A stretch of 27,555 bases of DNA, taken from an uncultured Verrucomicrobiota bacterium. GTDB taxonomy: Bacteria; Verrucomicrobiota; Verrucomicrobiia; Limisphaerales; CAZVRY01. The stretch is taken from the NCBI GenBank assembly GCA_964629545.1, contig CAZVRY010000069.1, positions 1 to 27,555 on the forward strand. The letters are read 5' to 3'. The notes beneath the pieces were generated by a model, which saw nothing but the letters and a program-made list of their open reading frames with translations, did not search any database and had not been told where the DNA came from. The translations under genes were made by a program, and so were the position numbers. This document shows, piece by piece, positions 1-9,400 of this stretch (the stretch's first letter is position 1; each line of letters opens with the position of its first letter).

Positions 1-56
1 CGGCCCGGTGGCGCTCCCGCCAAAATCGGAAGTTATTTTTGCACAGACCCTAAGCG

Positions 57-2396
57 ATGAACTTGTCGCGGGCGGCACCGGTTGGCTGGCTTCCTGCTGA
101 GCCGGCGAGGATGGACTCGAACCGCCGCCTGCCGGCCGATCTCCCCAGGTCGGCATCGTCGCGCCGCGTCCCGGGCTGGGGTAAAGACCTCAGGATCCGA
201 GGCGCGCCGTTCGCAGTTTTGCGTTGGGGGGTGCTCTGCGGAGGTGTGGCCTTCGCAGTTCTGGGCATGGGAATGCTGCAAGCGGTGGCGCAGACGCCGC
301 CGGAGACGGGAGGACGGCGCGTGGTCGGCTATTTTACGGAATGGGGCGTTTATGCGCCGAACTACCAGGTGGGGGATGTTCCGGCGGAGTGGTTGACGCA
401 TCTGCACTATGCGTTTTTGCGGCCGGTGTATGTCCGATCGAACGACACGGCGCGGGTCGAGTTGGTGGACCGTTATGCGGCGGTGGAGCAACGGTTCCCC
501 GGCGATTCCGACGCGGACCCGTTTCATGGGAACCTCGGTCAACTTATCCAGCTCAAGCGGGCGCACCCCCATCTGAGGACGTTGCTGACCGTGGGTGGGG
601 AGACGTTGTCGGCTGCGTTCTCGGACCTCGCGGCGTCGGCGTCGGCGCGGGCGGCGTTCGCGAAGAGTTGTCGGGAGATCTTGGTTCGCTATGGCTTCGA
701 TGGGGTCGATCTGGACTGGGAGTTCCCGGTCACGGGCGGGGCGGCCGACGTCGTGCATCGGCCGGCTGATGCCACCAACCAGGTCCTGCTGGTGGAGGCG
801 GTGCGAGGGGAACTGGATGCGCAGGCCGCGCAGGATGGGCGCGATTACCTGTTGACCCTTTCCGTCTCGGCCTCGGCTGATTCCCTCGATGTCCGCCACG
901 ATTTCCCTCGTCTGAGCGAACTGGCGGATTGGATTCAGGTGATGGCCTATCCGTTGGCGGGCCCGTGGTCGCCGGTGACCGCTCATCAGGCGCCGCTCTA
1001 CGGCAATCCGCGGTCGGCTGCGGGGGACGGTCATGCGGCGGAGGGCGTGCTGCATCTGGTGAGGCGTGGGGTGCCCCGGCAGAAGTTGGTCGTGGGGGTC
1101 CCTTTCTTCGGGCAGGGATTTCAAGGCGTCGGCGGGCCGGGGAACGGTCTGTTCCAATCGCATGGAGGCGCCACTAAGGAGGGCAGTTGGGTGCCGGGGC
1201 GGTTTGACTATCGCGATTTGCGGGACGGGGTTCGCGGGCATGGGTATCTCCAGGGGAACGGTTTCGAGCCCCATTGGGATGCGGCCGCGCACGCGCCGTT
1301 TCTCTACAACCCGTCGACGGGGGTCTTTATTACTTACGAGAATCCGCGGGCGCTGGAGCTGAAGGCACGGTTCATCCGGGAAGCGGACCTCGGGGGGGTG
1401 ATGTGTTGGTCGCTCGACGCGGATGCCGCGGATCACGAACTCTTGCGGACGTTGGTGACCACGCTGGGGGCTCCACTCGGGGGAGAGTCGTGGTCGCGCC
1501 ACCCTGCGATCTTCACGATGGATTTCGATGGCCATCCGGCGGCCTGGACCTATGCGTATGCCTACGCAGGGTATGGAGGAACGGGTTATCCGGAGCGACT
1601 CGTGCCGGAGACCCGTCTGCCGAATGCGGGGGTCATCGCGGCGTGGCCGGAAATGGGAGGATCGAGCGTCTTGCTGGCGGAGGGCGACTTTCGCGGCGTG
1701 CCGCCACCCGGGACGCAGGCGGGGGACGGCGAGGACGTGGAGTGGGCCTACGCCGGGCTGGGGCTGGGTGCGGGGACACTCGATCGGGGGACGAACTCGT
1801 TTGCGGGCGACGACCTGCGCGATTACACGCTCGAATTCAGGGCGGCGGCGCTCTCGGGCCTGCTCCCGGGGGCGGCAGGGTCGCGCGGTTCCTGGAAGCT
1901 CGAACTCCAAGTGGCGGATGACTTCCTTGTTCCCGCGGACGCGGACCTCGACGCGGACACGCTGGTGGCGTTGGCCGGCGACTTCGAGGCGGCAGAGACG
2001 GAGTTGACGTCCTTCACGTTCCGGTTGGATGAAGCCCGCGTGGTCGGAGGATCGGCAGCCCTCTGGCAACAGCATCGGGGGGAGGTGCGGCAGATGAATG
2101 TGAATTTCAACTTCTGGAATGTGCTGGCCGAGTTTGGCTTCGATGCCGGCAATCGGTGGGCCATCGACGATGTCGTATTGCGGACGACGACCCCCTTGCC
2201 TTCGCCGCCTCGATTGTCGGTGGTCCGGGGGCCGTTGACGCGCGGGTTGATCCTGCAATGGGAAGGGGACGGCATCCTGGAATGGGCTCCCCGAGCGGGG
2301 GGCGAGTTTGCGCCGGTGGAGGGTGCCGCGCCCCCTGCGCACATCGTCCCGGAAGCGGGCGCGGCCTTCTTTCGGGTGCGGTTGAGGGATCCCTGA
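57..2396 (+). CDS. Secreted glycoside hydrolase family 18 chitinase; about 480-aa GH18 TIM-barrel plus about 300-aa C-terminal domain of unknown function
   Basis: ORF 57..2396 (779 aa). Carries the GH18 catalytic signature DGVDLDWEFP (DxxDxDxE) and the N-terminal barrel motif VVGYFTEWGVY. A signal-like hydrophobic segment (LRWGVLCGGVAFAVLGMGMLQAVA) follows the first approx 55 residues, so the true start may be an internal Met such as nt 111. Confidence 0.85.
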   Translation: MNLSRAAPVGWLPAEPARMDSNRRLPADLPRSASSRRVPGWGKDLRIRGAPFAVLRWGVLCGGVAFAVLGMGMLQAVAQTPPETGGRRVVGYFTEWGVYAPNYQVGDVPAEWLTHLHYAFLRPVYVRSNDTARVELVDRYAAVEQRFPGDSDADPFHGNLGQLIQLKRAHPHLRTLLTVGGETLSAAFSDLAASASARAAFAKSCREILVRYGFDGVDLDWEFPVTGGAADVVHRPADATNQVLLVEAVRGELDAQAAQDGRDYLLTLSVSASADSLDVRHDFPRLSELADWIQVMAYPLAGPWSPVTAHQAPLYGNPRSAAGDGHAAEGVLHLVRRGVPRQKLVVGVPFFGQGFQGVGGPGNGLFQSHGGATKEGSWVPGRFDYRDLRDGVRGHGYLQGNGFEPHWDAAAHAPFLYNPSTGVFITYENPRALELKARFIREADLGGVMCWSLDADAADHELLRTLVTTLGAPLGGESWSRHPAIFTMDFDGHPAAWTYAYAYAGYGGTGYPERLVPETRLPNAGVIAAWPEMGGSSVLLAEGDFRGVPPPGTQAGDGEDVEWAYAGLGLGAGTLDRGTNSFAGDDLRDYTLEFRAAALSGLLPGAAGSRGSWKLELQVADDFLVPADADLDADTLVALAGDFEAAETELTSFTFRLDEARVVGGSAALWQQHRGEVRQMNVNFNFWNVLAEFGFDAGNRWAIDDVVLRTTTPLPSPPRLSVVRGPLTRGLILQWEGDGILEWAPRAGGEFAPVEGAAPPAHIVPEAGAAFFRVRLRDP

Positions 2397-2477
2397 GCAC
2401 GCCACCTGCCGCGGAAGTCTGGGATCTCGATTCTGGTCTTTACATTCGCCGGCTTCAGGGCACATTCGCCCGCCGTT

Positions 2478-2594
2478 ATGGACAAATTCTGGAGCATTAT
2501 GACGATGCCGATCGGGGTGGCCCTCTGCTTCGGGCCGGCCATGGTGGTGTGGTGGCTCACGGAAGGCCGCAAGGCAGGCGGGAAGCGCCGCTGA
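2478..2594 (+). CDS. Hypothetical 38-aa small membrane peptide (MDKFWSIMTMPIGVALCFGPAMVVWWLTEGRKAGGKRR); alternatively a stop-codon read-through extension of the chitinase frame
   Basis: ATG 2478 to TGA 2592-2594. It is not in the ORF track, probably because it is below the length cutoff. It has one predicted TM helix followed by a KR-rich tail and high GC at codon third positions. It is in the same frame as the chitinase, separated only by the TGA at 2394-2396, and there is no stop between 2397 and 2591. No obvious SD. Confidence 0.2.
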   Translation: MDKFWSIMTMPIGVALCFGPAMVVWWLTEGRKAGGKRR

Positions 2595-2696
2595 ACGTGC
2601 GCGCCTCCGGCCCGACCCCACCGCCGCGCCCCCCGCTCCCGACCCGGGGCCTGCACCCAGCCCGCCCCGGCTGAACCCATCCTTCTCAGGGGCACA

Positions 2697-3332
2697 TCAG
2701 GTCGCGGACCTGGGCTGGCTTCCCTTTCCCGCCGCCCCCTTTCGCCAACACCCGTCGAGGTGGTCATCGACCAATCCCATGGCCTGCATGAAGGCATAGA
2801 GGGTCGTGGGGCCCACATACGTCCACCCGCGTCGCTTCAGCTCCTTGGAAAGCGCTTTCGACTCCGGCGATTGGTTCAAGCCGGCGAGGAGGGCGCGGGT
2901 GAGGCGGGGCGGGCGCGAGCCGGGGGCCGGCTGAAACCGCCACACCAACGCGGCCAGCGAACCGCACTCGGCCGCCAACTCGCAGGCGCGGCGGGCGTTG
3001 TTGAGGGTCGATTCGATTTTGCCCCGATGCCGCACAATCCCGGGGTCCCCCAGCAACCGTTCCACCTCGCGCGTTCCCCATCGGGCCACCTCCCTGAAAT
3101 CGAAGCCGGCGAAGGCGCGGCGGAAGTTCTCCCGCTTGCGCAGGATGGTGAGCCAACTGAGCCCAGACTGGAAACCCTCGAGGATGAGCTTCTCGAAGAG
3201 GCGGCGGTCGTCGGTGACGGGGACGCCCCATTCGTCGTCATGGTAGGCGATGTAGTCGGGGGCGTCGGCGCACCACCAGCAGCGTGAGCGCCCGTCCGCA
3301 CCCGTGACGAGACCTGAATCGGCGTCGGCCAT
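2697..3332 (-). CDS. tag: DNA-3-methyladenine glycosylase I (Tag)
   Basis: This is the 3' 636 nt of ORF 2697..4988(-), giving 211 aa from MADADSG... It matches the Tag signature YIAYHDDEWGVPV...LFEKLILEGFQSGLSWLTILRKRENFRRAF. ATG at 3332 (plus-strand CAT 3330-3332). The upstream part of the 763-aa ORF is an out-of-frame overlap with the CocE gene. Confidence 0.9.
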   Translation of the reverse strand: MADADSGLVTGADGRSRCWWCADAPDYIAYHDDEWGVPVTDDRRLFEKLILEGFQSGLSWLTILRKRENFRRAFAGFDFREVARWGTREVERLLGDPGIVRHRGKIESTLNNARRACELAAECGSLAALVWRFQPAPGSRPPRLTRALLAGLNQSPESKALSKELKRRGWTYVGPTTLYAFMQAMGLVDDHLDGCWRKGAAGKGSQPRSAT

Positions 3333-3508
3333 ACAGGGCGAGAGAATGGAGAAAGCGCGACGACGCGGCAAGGCTGGGCAACGCGTGCCGCCAGGTCCCC
3401 CGCATGGTGTCCAGCCTTTAGGCGGTCTGGGGTGGACGGCACGCTGAAGCGTGGACCCCCAACGACGCGAAGGCACTCGCCGACCGGTTCGACCGGCGGC
3501 CCGGCCTC

Positions 3509-5158
3509 TCACCGTGCCGGCGGCCCGACGGGCAGGCTGATCTGACTTCCGTCCCTTCCGACCGACACCGTCAACTCGGCCCGACGCGGGTCGCCGGTGC
3601 GCGGCGGCTGGCCATTCTGCCGGTTCATTTCCAACGCGGGCGAACTGCTGGAGGCCACGTGCACCCGGAGGCGATGACCGCGATTGAAGACGATGCTGGT
3701 TGGCCAGAGCGGGACGGTCAGGGCCACCGTGTCTCCCGGCTGCATCGGTTCTTCCCGGTCTAATCCGTTCCGCAGTCGCAGCCGCCACGCCCCCTCGCAC
3801 ACCATCATGGAACGTCCGTCCGGATACACATCGCACACGCGCACGATCAGGTCGGCGTCGGGCGCGTCGCAGCGCACGTGCAAGCGGGCCGAAGCATGCC
3901 CGGTCACTTCCAACGGTTCCGCCAGGGCGGCCGTCGTGAAGACCAACACATCGGCCCGGCCTTCGATCGGGCGCTGATCCTTGGGGCCGGCCGGGATGGT
4001 CAGTTCGTACCCCCCCACGGTGGGGACCGGTTGGGCGGGGTCGCTCGTGTAGGACAGGCTGCCGGCCGGGCCAGGATCGTCGAAGGAGGCCGTGCGATCG
4101 GCGCGCAGGTGCAGCACCTTGGTCCTGACCTCCGCCGGCGGCCACACGGGGGACGTCCGCCACACGTTGCCGGGCGCCCCGGCTTCGCCCGCTGCCCCCA
4201 TCACGTAGTAAGTGACGGCCGGCGCGGTCAACAGCCCGTTGGCCTCCCCCTGCAGGGTCGCCGCAAACCACTTCCACGAATCGTGCACGTCGCCCGGCGT
4301 CCGGTTCGCCCCCGGGAACTCCAGGTCGCCCGCTTTCTCCTTCAACACGCCATGCGTCCACGGGCCCATGACCAGTTTCTGCCGGCCCCGCGCGGCCGGT
4401 CCGCCGTGATGCTGATACCCCTGAAAGGCCTCCACCGTGGCCTGCGCGAAGATGTCGAACCAGCCGCCGATATGCACCCCGGCCGCGTTGACGTTGTCGT
4501 AATGCGCGATCATCTCGCGGTCCCGCCAAAAGCGCGTGAGCGGGTAATTGGTGGTCCATCGATCCAGGGCGTGAGGCGCGAACTTGGTCTGCCGAAGCCA
4601 ATCCTCGGTCATCGCCTGGCGGAAGATGCCGCCCCGGTAAATGCTCTCGCGGAAGAGGCTGGGCGTGCCCACGGTGAGATGTTGGCTGACCAGGTTCGCG
4701 GCCCCCGTCCCGGCCAGCAGATACTGGGTGATCGCGCCCGCCGAGCCGCCCCAAGTCCCGAGTCGTCCGTTCGACCACGGTTGTTGCGCGATCCACGCCG
4801 CGGTGTCGTAGCCGTCCCACTGGCCCTCTGCCTGGCCGTCGGCATCGAACGGCAAATTCTCCCCTTCCGAGGCGAACCGCCCGCGGGTGTCTTGGGCCAC
4901 GAAGACGTAACCGCGGCGATTGGCCTCGGGGCCGAGCCCGGCGCCCAGGGCCTTGTTGTAGGGGAAACGGAGCAAAATGACCGGCCACCGGCCCTCACCC
5001 TCGGGCACGTAGACGTCGGTGGCCAGCTTGGTGCCGTCGCGCATCGCCACCTGGTGAGTTTGCGGAGCGGCGGCGTGCGAGGAACAGGGGCTCAGGGTGG
5101 ACAAGAGCAGGCAGGCACAGCCCAGCGAGAAGCGCATCCAGGGAGTCATGGCCGCCAT
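3509..5158 (-). CDS. CocE/NonD-family alpha/beta hydrolase (peptidase S15 / X-Pro dipeptidyl-peptidase-like), secreted
   Basis: ORF 3509..5206(-). Family-typical N-terminus MRDGTKLATDVYVPEGEGRWPVILLRFPYN plus QDTRGRFASEGE. Signal peptide MRFSLGCACLLLSTLSPCSSHAAAP. The track start at 5206 is a TTG. ATG candidates are at 5158, 5149 and 5140, and I chose 5158. Confidence 0.85.
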   Translation of the reverse strand: MAAMTPWMRFSLGCACLLLSTLSPCSSHAAAPQTHQVAMRDGTKLATDVYVPEGEGRWPVILLRFPYNKALGAGLGPEANRRGYVFVAQDTRGRFASEGENLPFDADGQAEGQWDGYDTAAWIAQQPWSNGRLGTWGGSAGAITQYLLAGTGAANLVSQHLTVGTPSLFRESIYRGGIFRQAMTEDWLRQTKFAPHALDRWTTNYPLTRFWRDREMIAHYDNVNAAGVHIGGWFDIFAQATVEAFQGYQHHGGPAARGRQKLVMGPWTHGVLKEKAGDLEFPGANRTPGDVHDSWKWFAATLQGEANGLLTAPAVTYYVMGAAGEAGAPGNVWRTSPVWPPAEVRTKVLHLRADRTASFDDPGPAGSLSYTSDPAQPVPTVGGYELTIPAGPKDQRPIEGRADVLVFTTAALAEPLEVTGHASARLHVRCDAPDADLIVRVCDVYPDGRSMMVCEGAWRLRLRNGLDREEPMQPGDTVALTVPLWPTSIVFNRGHRLRVHVASSSSPALEMNRQNGQPPRTGDPRRAELTVSVGRDGSQISLPVGPPAR

Positions 5159-5207
5159 CCAAACCCAGCCCCATCGGAAAGTCACGGCGGGAATCGAGCT
5201 GAGCAAA

Positions 5208-5275
5208 GGGCGGACGGAAAAAGAACGACGACGGTTGCGTGCGGGTCGTCGCCGGTCCTTCCGTCCGCCCCAGAA
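5208..5275. promoter_or_regulatory. Long perfect-stem hairpin (12-bp stem GGGCGGACGGAA / TTCCGTCCGCCC, about 40-nt loop with sub-palindrome) in the leader of the CocE gene, downstream of the flotillin-ATPase operon
   Basis: The inverted repeat is read directly: gggcggacggaa starts at 5208, ttccgtccgccc ends at about 5275, and cgacgacgg / cgtcgtcg lies in the loop. On the minus strand the stem is followed by TTTGCT, which is a weak U-tract. It could be a terminator for the upstream operon or a leader structure. Confidence 0.3.
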
Positions 5276-5383
5276 CCCAAACAGATCGTCGAACCGCTTG
5301 CGCGCATCCGAACGGATCTGGTTCCGAACTCTAGCAAGGGGCGTGCCGGGTGACCCAGGGGGCCGCGATCATGGCCCCTCCCC

Positions 5384-5500
5384 AGCCATTCTCATTGTGA
5401 ACGAATGAGTCCCCCTCTCCCTTTCTCCCTCTCCCCAACCCCTCTCCCTCGCTTCGCTTTCAAGGGTCGGGGAGAGGGATGGGGTGAGGGGACGGTTCAT
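5384..5500. repeat. MITE/REP-like palindromic repeat, copy R1 (short variant; family-B-like terminus AGCCATTCTCATT fused to family-A core)
   Basis: Shares the core tcccctctccc...ctctccccaaccc...cgcttcgctttcaagggt(c/t)ggggagagggatggggtgagggg with copies at 18027-18173 and 23726-23872. Internal palindrome ctctccccaaccc/gggtyggggagag. Confidence 0.55.
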
Positions 5501-5650
5501 GGAGAGGAGCCAGGGTTCAGCCTTGAGCCTCTTGCCGTGAGGTCCATTGCGCGCTCCGCCCACGGCCTGAGGAAGGACGGCGGGAATCGATCCGGGTCGC
5601 CCTCGCGTCCGTTCTTGGGATCCGCCTGTCCCACGAATGGGACCTGCCTC

Positions 5651-6472
5651 CTATCTCGTCCCGGTCAAGTTGGGCATCCGCTTGAACCGGTCCAAAGCCC
5701 CGCGCCGCCAGTCGCCAGGCTCGGCCGGGGCAGGAGGCGCGCTCGGCGACGGGGCGACGGGAGTTGGCGTGGGCATGGCCGTGGGGGCGGGGGGTGTGGC
5801 GGGCGGCGCGGGGGCGGGGATCGGCCCGGGCTCGGAAGGCCGCCGCGGCTCGAAGAACGAGCTCGAGGCGAAGGGGGAGGCCGCGGGGGCGGCCGCCGGG
5901 GCGGGGGCGGCCGCGGGGATGGAGGCGGCGGCGAGCACCTGGGTCTCCTCTTCCTCGGGCGCGCTCCGCCAGCAGACGCGCACGGAGGGCGCGGGTCCCG
6001 CGCTGACGAGGATTTCCTCGCAGCCGAGATGCTGGAGGTCCACCTTGTCGGCCAGTCTGCCGGCCTGGACGACGGCGCTCAGCATTGCGTGCACGGTGCG
6101 TTGGCTCTGGGACCCCGACAGGATCAAGCGCAGCCGGGCCTCCGGGACCTCTTCCACCCACGCCAAACGGGCGACCAGGCGCCGGTTGAGGCCGAGTTCC
6201 ATGTCGACGCCGATCAACTCGAAGCCGGCCTCGCGGAAGGTCTCGGCGCCGGCATCGATTTCGCGCAAGGTCTGGAGCAACCGTTCCTCGGTGTCCGCCT
6301 GCAGCCCGGACACGGCCGCCATCACGTCGGCCCGCATCTGTTGGACTTGCCCCGTCGTGCTGACCAGCGCCTCCCGGATATCGGCCACCTTGGGCGGGAC
6401 GCTCTCGATGATCTGTTGGACCTGGGCGGCCTTCTCGCGCAGGGTTTGCAGGCGGCGGGCGTATTTTTTCAT
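5651..6472 (-). CDS. Hypothetical 273-aa protein: about 170-aa predicted helical/coiled-coil N-terminal domain plus Pro/Ala-rich low-complexity C-terminus. Third gene of the flotillin-ATPase operon.
   Basis: ORF 5651..6472(-), ATG at 6472. Only 12 nt separate it from the stop of the giant ATPase gene (6485). The N-terminal composition is globular/amphipathic (MKKYARRLQTLREKAAQVQQIIESVPPKVADIREALVSTTGQVQQMRADV...), unlike the R/S/G-rich junk in the overlapping plus-strand ORFs. The C-terminus is AAPAPAAAPAAS...PAPAPPATPPAPTAMPTPTPVAPSPSAPPAPAEP. Confidence 0.6.
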   Translation of the reverse strand: MKKYARRLQTLREKAAQVQQIIESVPPKVADIREALVSTTGQVQQMRADVMAAVSGLQADTEERLLQTLREIDAGAETFREAGFELIGVDMELGLNRRLVARLAWVEEVPEARLRLILSGSQSQRTVHAMLSAVVQAGRLADKVDLQHLGCEEILVSAGPAPSVRVCWRSAPEEEETQVLAAASIPAAAPAPAAAPAASPFASSSFFEPRRPSEPGPIPAPAPPATPPAPTAMPTPTPVAPSPSAPPAPAEPGDWRRGALDRFKRMPNLTGTR

Positions 6473-6484
6473 GGGACGCAGGGG

Positions 6485-9400
6485 TTAGCCGCCGGTCCGG
6501 GACTCGGGACCGGGCGTGGGGGGAGGGGTCTGGCTTTGCTCGAGGGCCTGGTGGAAGCGTTCGAGGAAGGCGCGCTCGTTGGTGAGCATTTCCTGGGTCA
6601 GTTCGATTTCGACCGTGCCTTGCTTGGCCCGGGCCACCAGCAGGTCCTCGACATTCCGCAAGTGATCCCGCTGTCGCACCGCCGCGTCCTTGAGCGTGGC
6701 CAGCGTGCTGTGGATCATCTCCATCTCGTGCGACAGGCTGCTGACCTTCTCGGCCATGGAACCGGTGTGGACGGCGGTGATGGCCCGGCTGAGGTCTTCG
6801 CGCAACGCGCGCAATCCTTCCTGGAGCTGGGCCGCGAGCATCGAGCCCTCGCGTTCTCGCGCCAACACGGGCGGCGTGGCCGGGCTGGCCAGGTTGCGCT
6901 CGACCGCCGCCCGCAGTTGCTCGAGTTGGTGGGCCAGGGGACCGAGGTCGACGGCGAGCGAGGGCGTCGGAGACGGTGGCAGGGCGGCCGGCGAGGCCCG
7001 CCCCTGCTCGAGGGCCGAGCCGAGCCGGTCGAGCGCCTGCCCCAGCGGAGTCCAATCCACCACGACCTGGGGCGGGGCCGCGGGCGGCGGGGGCGTCCGC
7101 AGGCCTTGGACCACCGCCGCGCTCAGTTGCTCGAGACCGTGGCTGAGCGGAGCCAGGTCCACAACCACGGGCGTCGGCGCCTTCGCCAGTTGGCGGTCTA
7201 AGGTCTCTTGGATCGCTTGCAGACCGGACTGGAAATTGGCCAATTGCCCGACGATGCGTCCGACGCTGTCCTGCTGGCCGCCGCCGCCCATGAGGAGGTT
7301 GCGTTGGAAGGTCTGCTTGATGGCCTCCCAGCGCGCCTGTTCCTCGGGGGTCTGCCAAGCGAAGAGGGTTTTGAATTTGAGCAGGTTCGCCTCGGCCCCC
7401 GTGGTGAGGGTCTGCGATTCATTGCGGTAATGATCGAGGAGCAACGCCCGGACCTCGTCGTCGTTCATGATGGCCACGACCTTTTCGGCCAGGCGATTCA
7501 TGTTGCGATAGGAACCCTGCAACTTGAAGGGCGGCTCGGTCCGGAACTCGTCGGCCTGGGCGGCGGAGTGGATGTACTCCTGGTTGACCCGCAGGACCAC
7601 CTCGCGGAGGGCGACCAGTTTTTTCATCACGGCCAGGATCTCCTCGACCTCCTGGGACGAGTAGCTGGCCTCGAAGGCGATGCCCTCGCGCGCGCCGGTC
7701 TCGGCCATCTGTATGAAGGCGCGCACGTCCTGTTGGCTCTTGTTGGCGAGGGGGGCAAGGACGGGGTTCGAGGTGATGGCGTTCTCGAGGTAGCTGGCCT
7801 TGAAGCGGTCGGCGCTGCCGCCGATGATATCGCCCAGGTTGTAGGTGTCGGCCCGGTTCGCGAGCATGTCGGGCAGCTTGAACTTCTGGCCGCTCTCGGT
7901 GTAGGGGTTGCCCGCCATCACCACCACCACCTTGCGGCCCCGCAGATCGTAGGTTCGCGGGCGCCCCTGCCAGACCCCCTCGATCTTGCGCTGGGCGTCG
8001 CACAGGGAGATGAACTTCTGCAGGAACTCGGCGTGGCAATGCTGGATGTCGTCCACGCACAGCATCACGTTGTCCCCCATCTCCAGGGCCAGGTTCAGCT
8101 TCTCGATTTCCTCGCGCGCGGCCGCGTTGGGCGCTTCCTCGGGGTCCAAGGACGTCACCCCATGTCCGAGGGCGGGTCCGTTGACTTTGACGAAGATGAT
8201 GCCCAGCCGGTTGGCGAGGTATTCCATGAGGGTGGTCTTGCCGTAGCCCGGGGGTGAGATCAGCAACAGCATCCCCATCAGGTCCGTGCGCTTGGCGTCG
8301 CCGGCCGCCCCGATTTGTTTGGCCAGATTGTCGCCCACCAGCGGCAAGTAGACCTCGTCGATCAGTTGGTTGCGCACGAACGAGGTCAGCACCCGCGGCT
8401 TGAACGCCTCCAGCCGCAACTGTTCGCGCGCCCGGTCCAGGAGGCGCTGCTTGATCTGTTGGAACCGGGTGAAACGCGGCGCCACCGCGCGCTCGAACCG
8501 CTCCAGCCGCCTCCGGTAATCCAGGTAATCGAAGGTGTAACGGTTGCCCGCGATCCGCCCATGCACCCCCTTCATCCCCTCCAACTCCCGGCGCAGCCCC
8601 GCCTGCACCACCGTGTAACGCATCGTCTCCCCGCAAAACACCAGGGCCGCGACCATTTCGACGAAGGGAAGGCCGGCCGGCTGCTCGAGGAGGAACCCGC
8701 GCACCCAGTCGCGCACCAACTGCCATTCGCTGGCGGGCGAGGCGGCCAAGGCCTGCCGCGCCTCGACGAAGGTGCGCTCGCTCCCCTTGGTCACCAGGTG
8801 CTGGCGGAAGGCGCGGGCCAAACGCTCCGCCTCGTCGCTGACGGTGAAGGCGTCGCCCGTGATGGATTCGTAGAACAGGTACTCCGCCGCCGGCGCCGCC
8901 ACCTCGGGCGGGAACAGGCCGGTGTCCTGGACGAACCCGCCGAGCAACCCCTCCAGCCCGGCCAGGTAGTCCCGCTGCACCTCGTCGCCCGGGAACAGCC
9001 GGTTGCGCGCGGCGAACCCCTTGAGCTTGGCCGCCCACAGGGACTTGGTTTCCGCGGGGCAGAAGCGCAGCCAATAGACCACCGCACAGGCTCGCGCCGC
9101 GGGATGGTAGCGCGCCAACTGCAACGCCACGTGGGTCGTGAGCAGGGCCTGGAAAATCTGCGCCCCGTCCAGGTCGTGCACCCCTTTGGTGTAGCCCTCC
9201 TGGTAGCGTCCCGCCATGAACTCCTGCACCAGGACCAGGCGTTCCTCCTCCGATTTGGCCAGCGCTTCCGCCCACCGGCAGCGCGCGGGGGCGGACAGCT
9301 CGGAGGGCGCGGCCGGGACCGGCGCGGCGCCCTGGCCGAGATGTTGCAGCAACTGCCAGGCGAGATATTCCGCCCGGTAAACGTCCGGATTCTCCGACAC

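Noticed and set aside
100-135. tRNA-like T-arm sequence GGTTCGAGTCC on the minus strand near the 5' end of the chitinase gene
   Set aside because: The flanking bases cannot form the T-stem or acceptor stem (ggcgg...ccatc is not complementary), and the sequence lies inside the coding sequence. No tRNA.
2394-2396. Chitinase TGA as a selenocysteine codon
   Set aside because: No SECIS-like stem-loop is evident immediately downstream, and there is no Sec-utilisation context. I kept it only as a low-probability alternative inside the read-through finding.
33-2621. 862-aa minus-strand ORF antisense to the chitinase. Similar very long ORFs are 8315..12193(+), 12550..14397(+), 5405..7201(+), 5517..7358(-), 7419..9488(-), 24902..27505(-) and 3878..5353(+).
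   Set aside because: Their translations are Arg/Pro/Gly/Ala-rich low-complexity sequence typical of wrong-frame reading in high-GC DNA. They overlap genes with clear family signatures on the other strand or frame, and no motifs were recognised.
2697-4988. 763-aa ORF called as one gene
   Set aside because: Only the 3' 636 nt (2697-3332) encode a recognisable protein (Tag). The upstream 550 codons are an out-of-frame overlap of the CocE/NonD gene and translate to junk.
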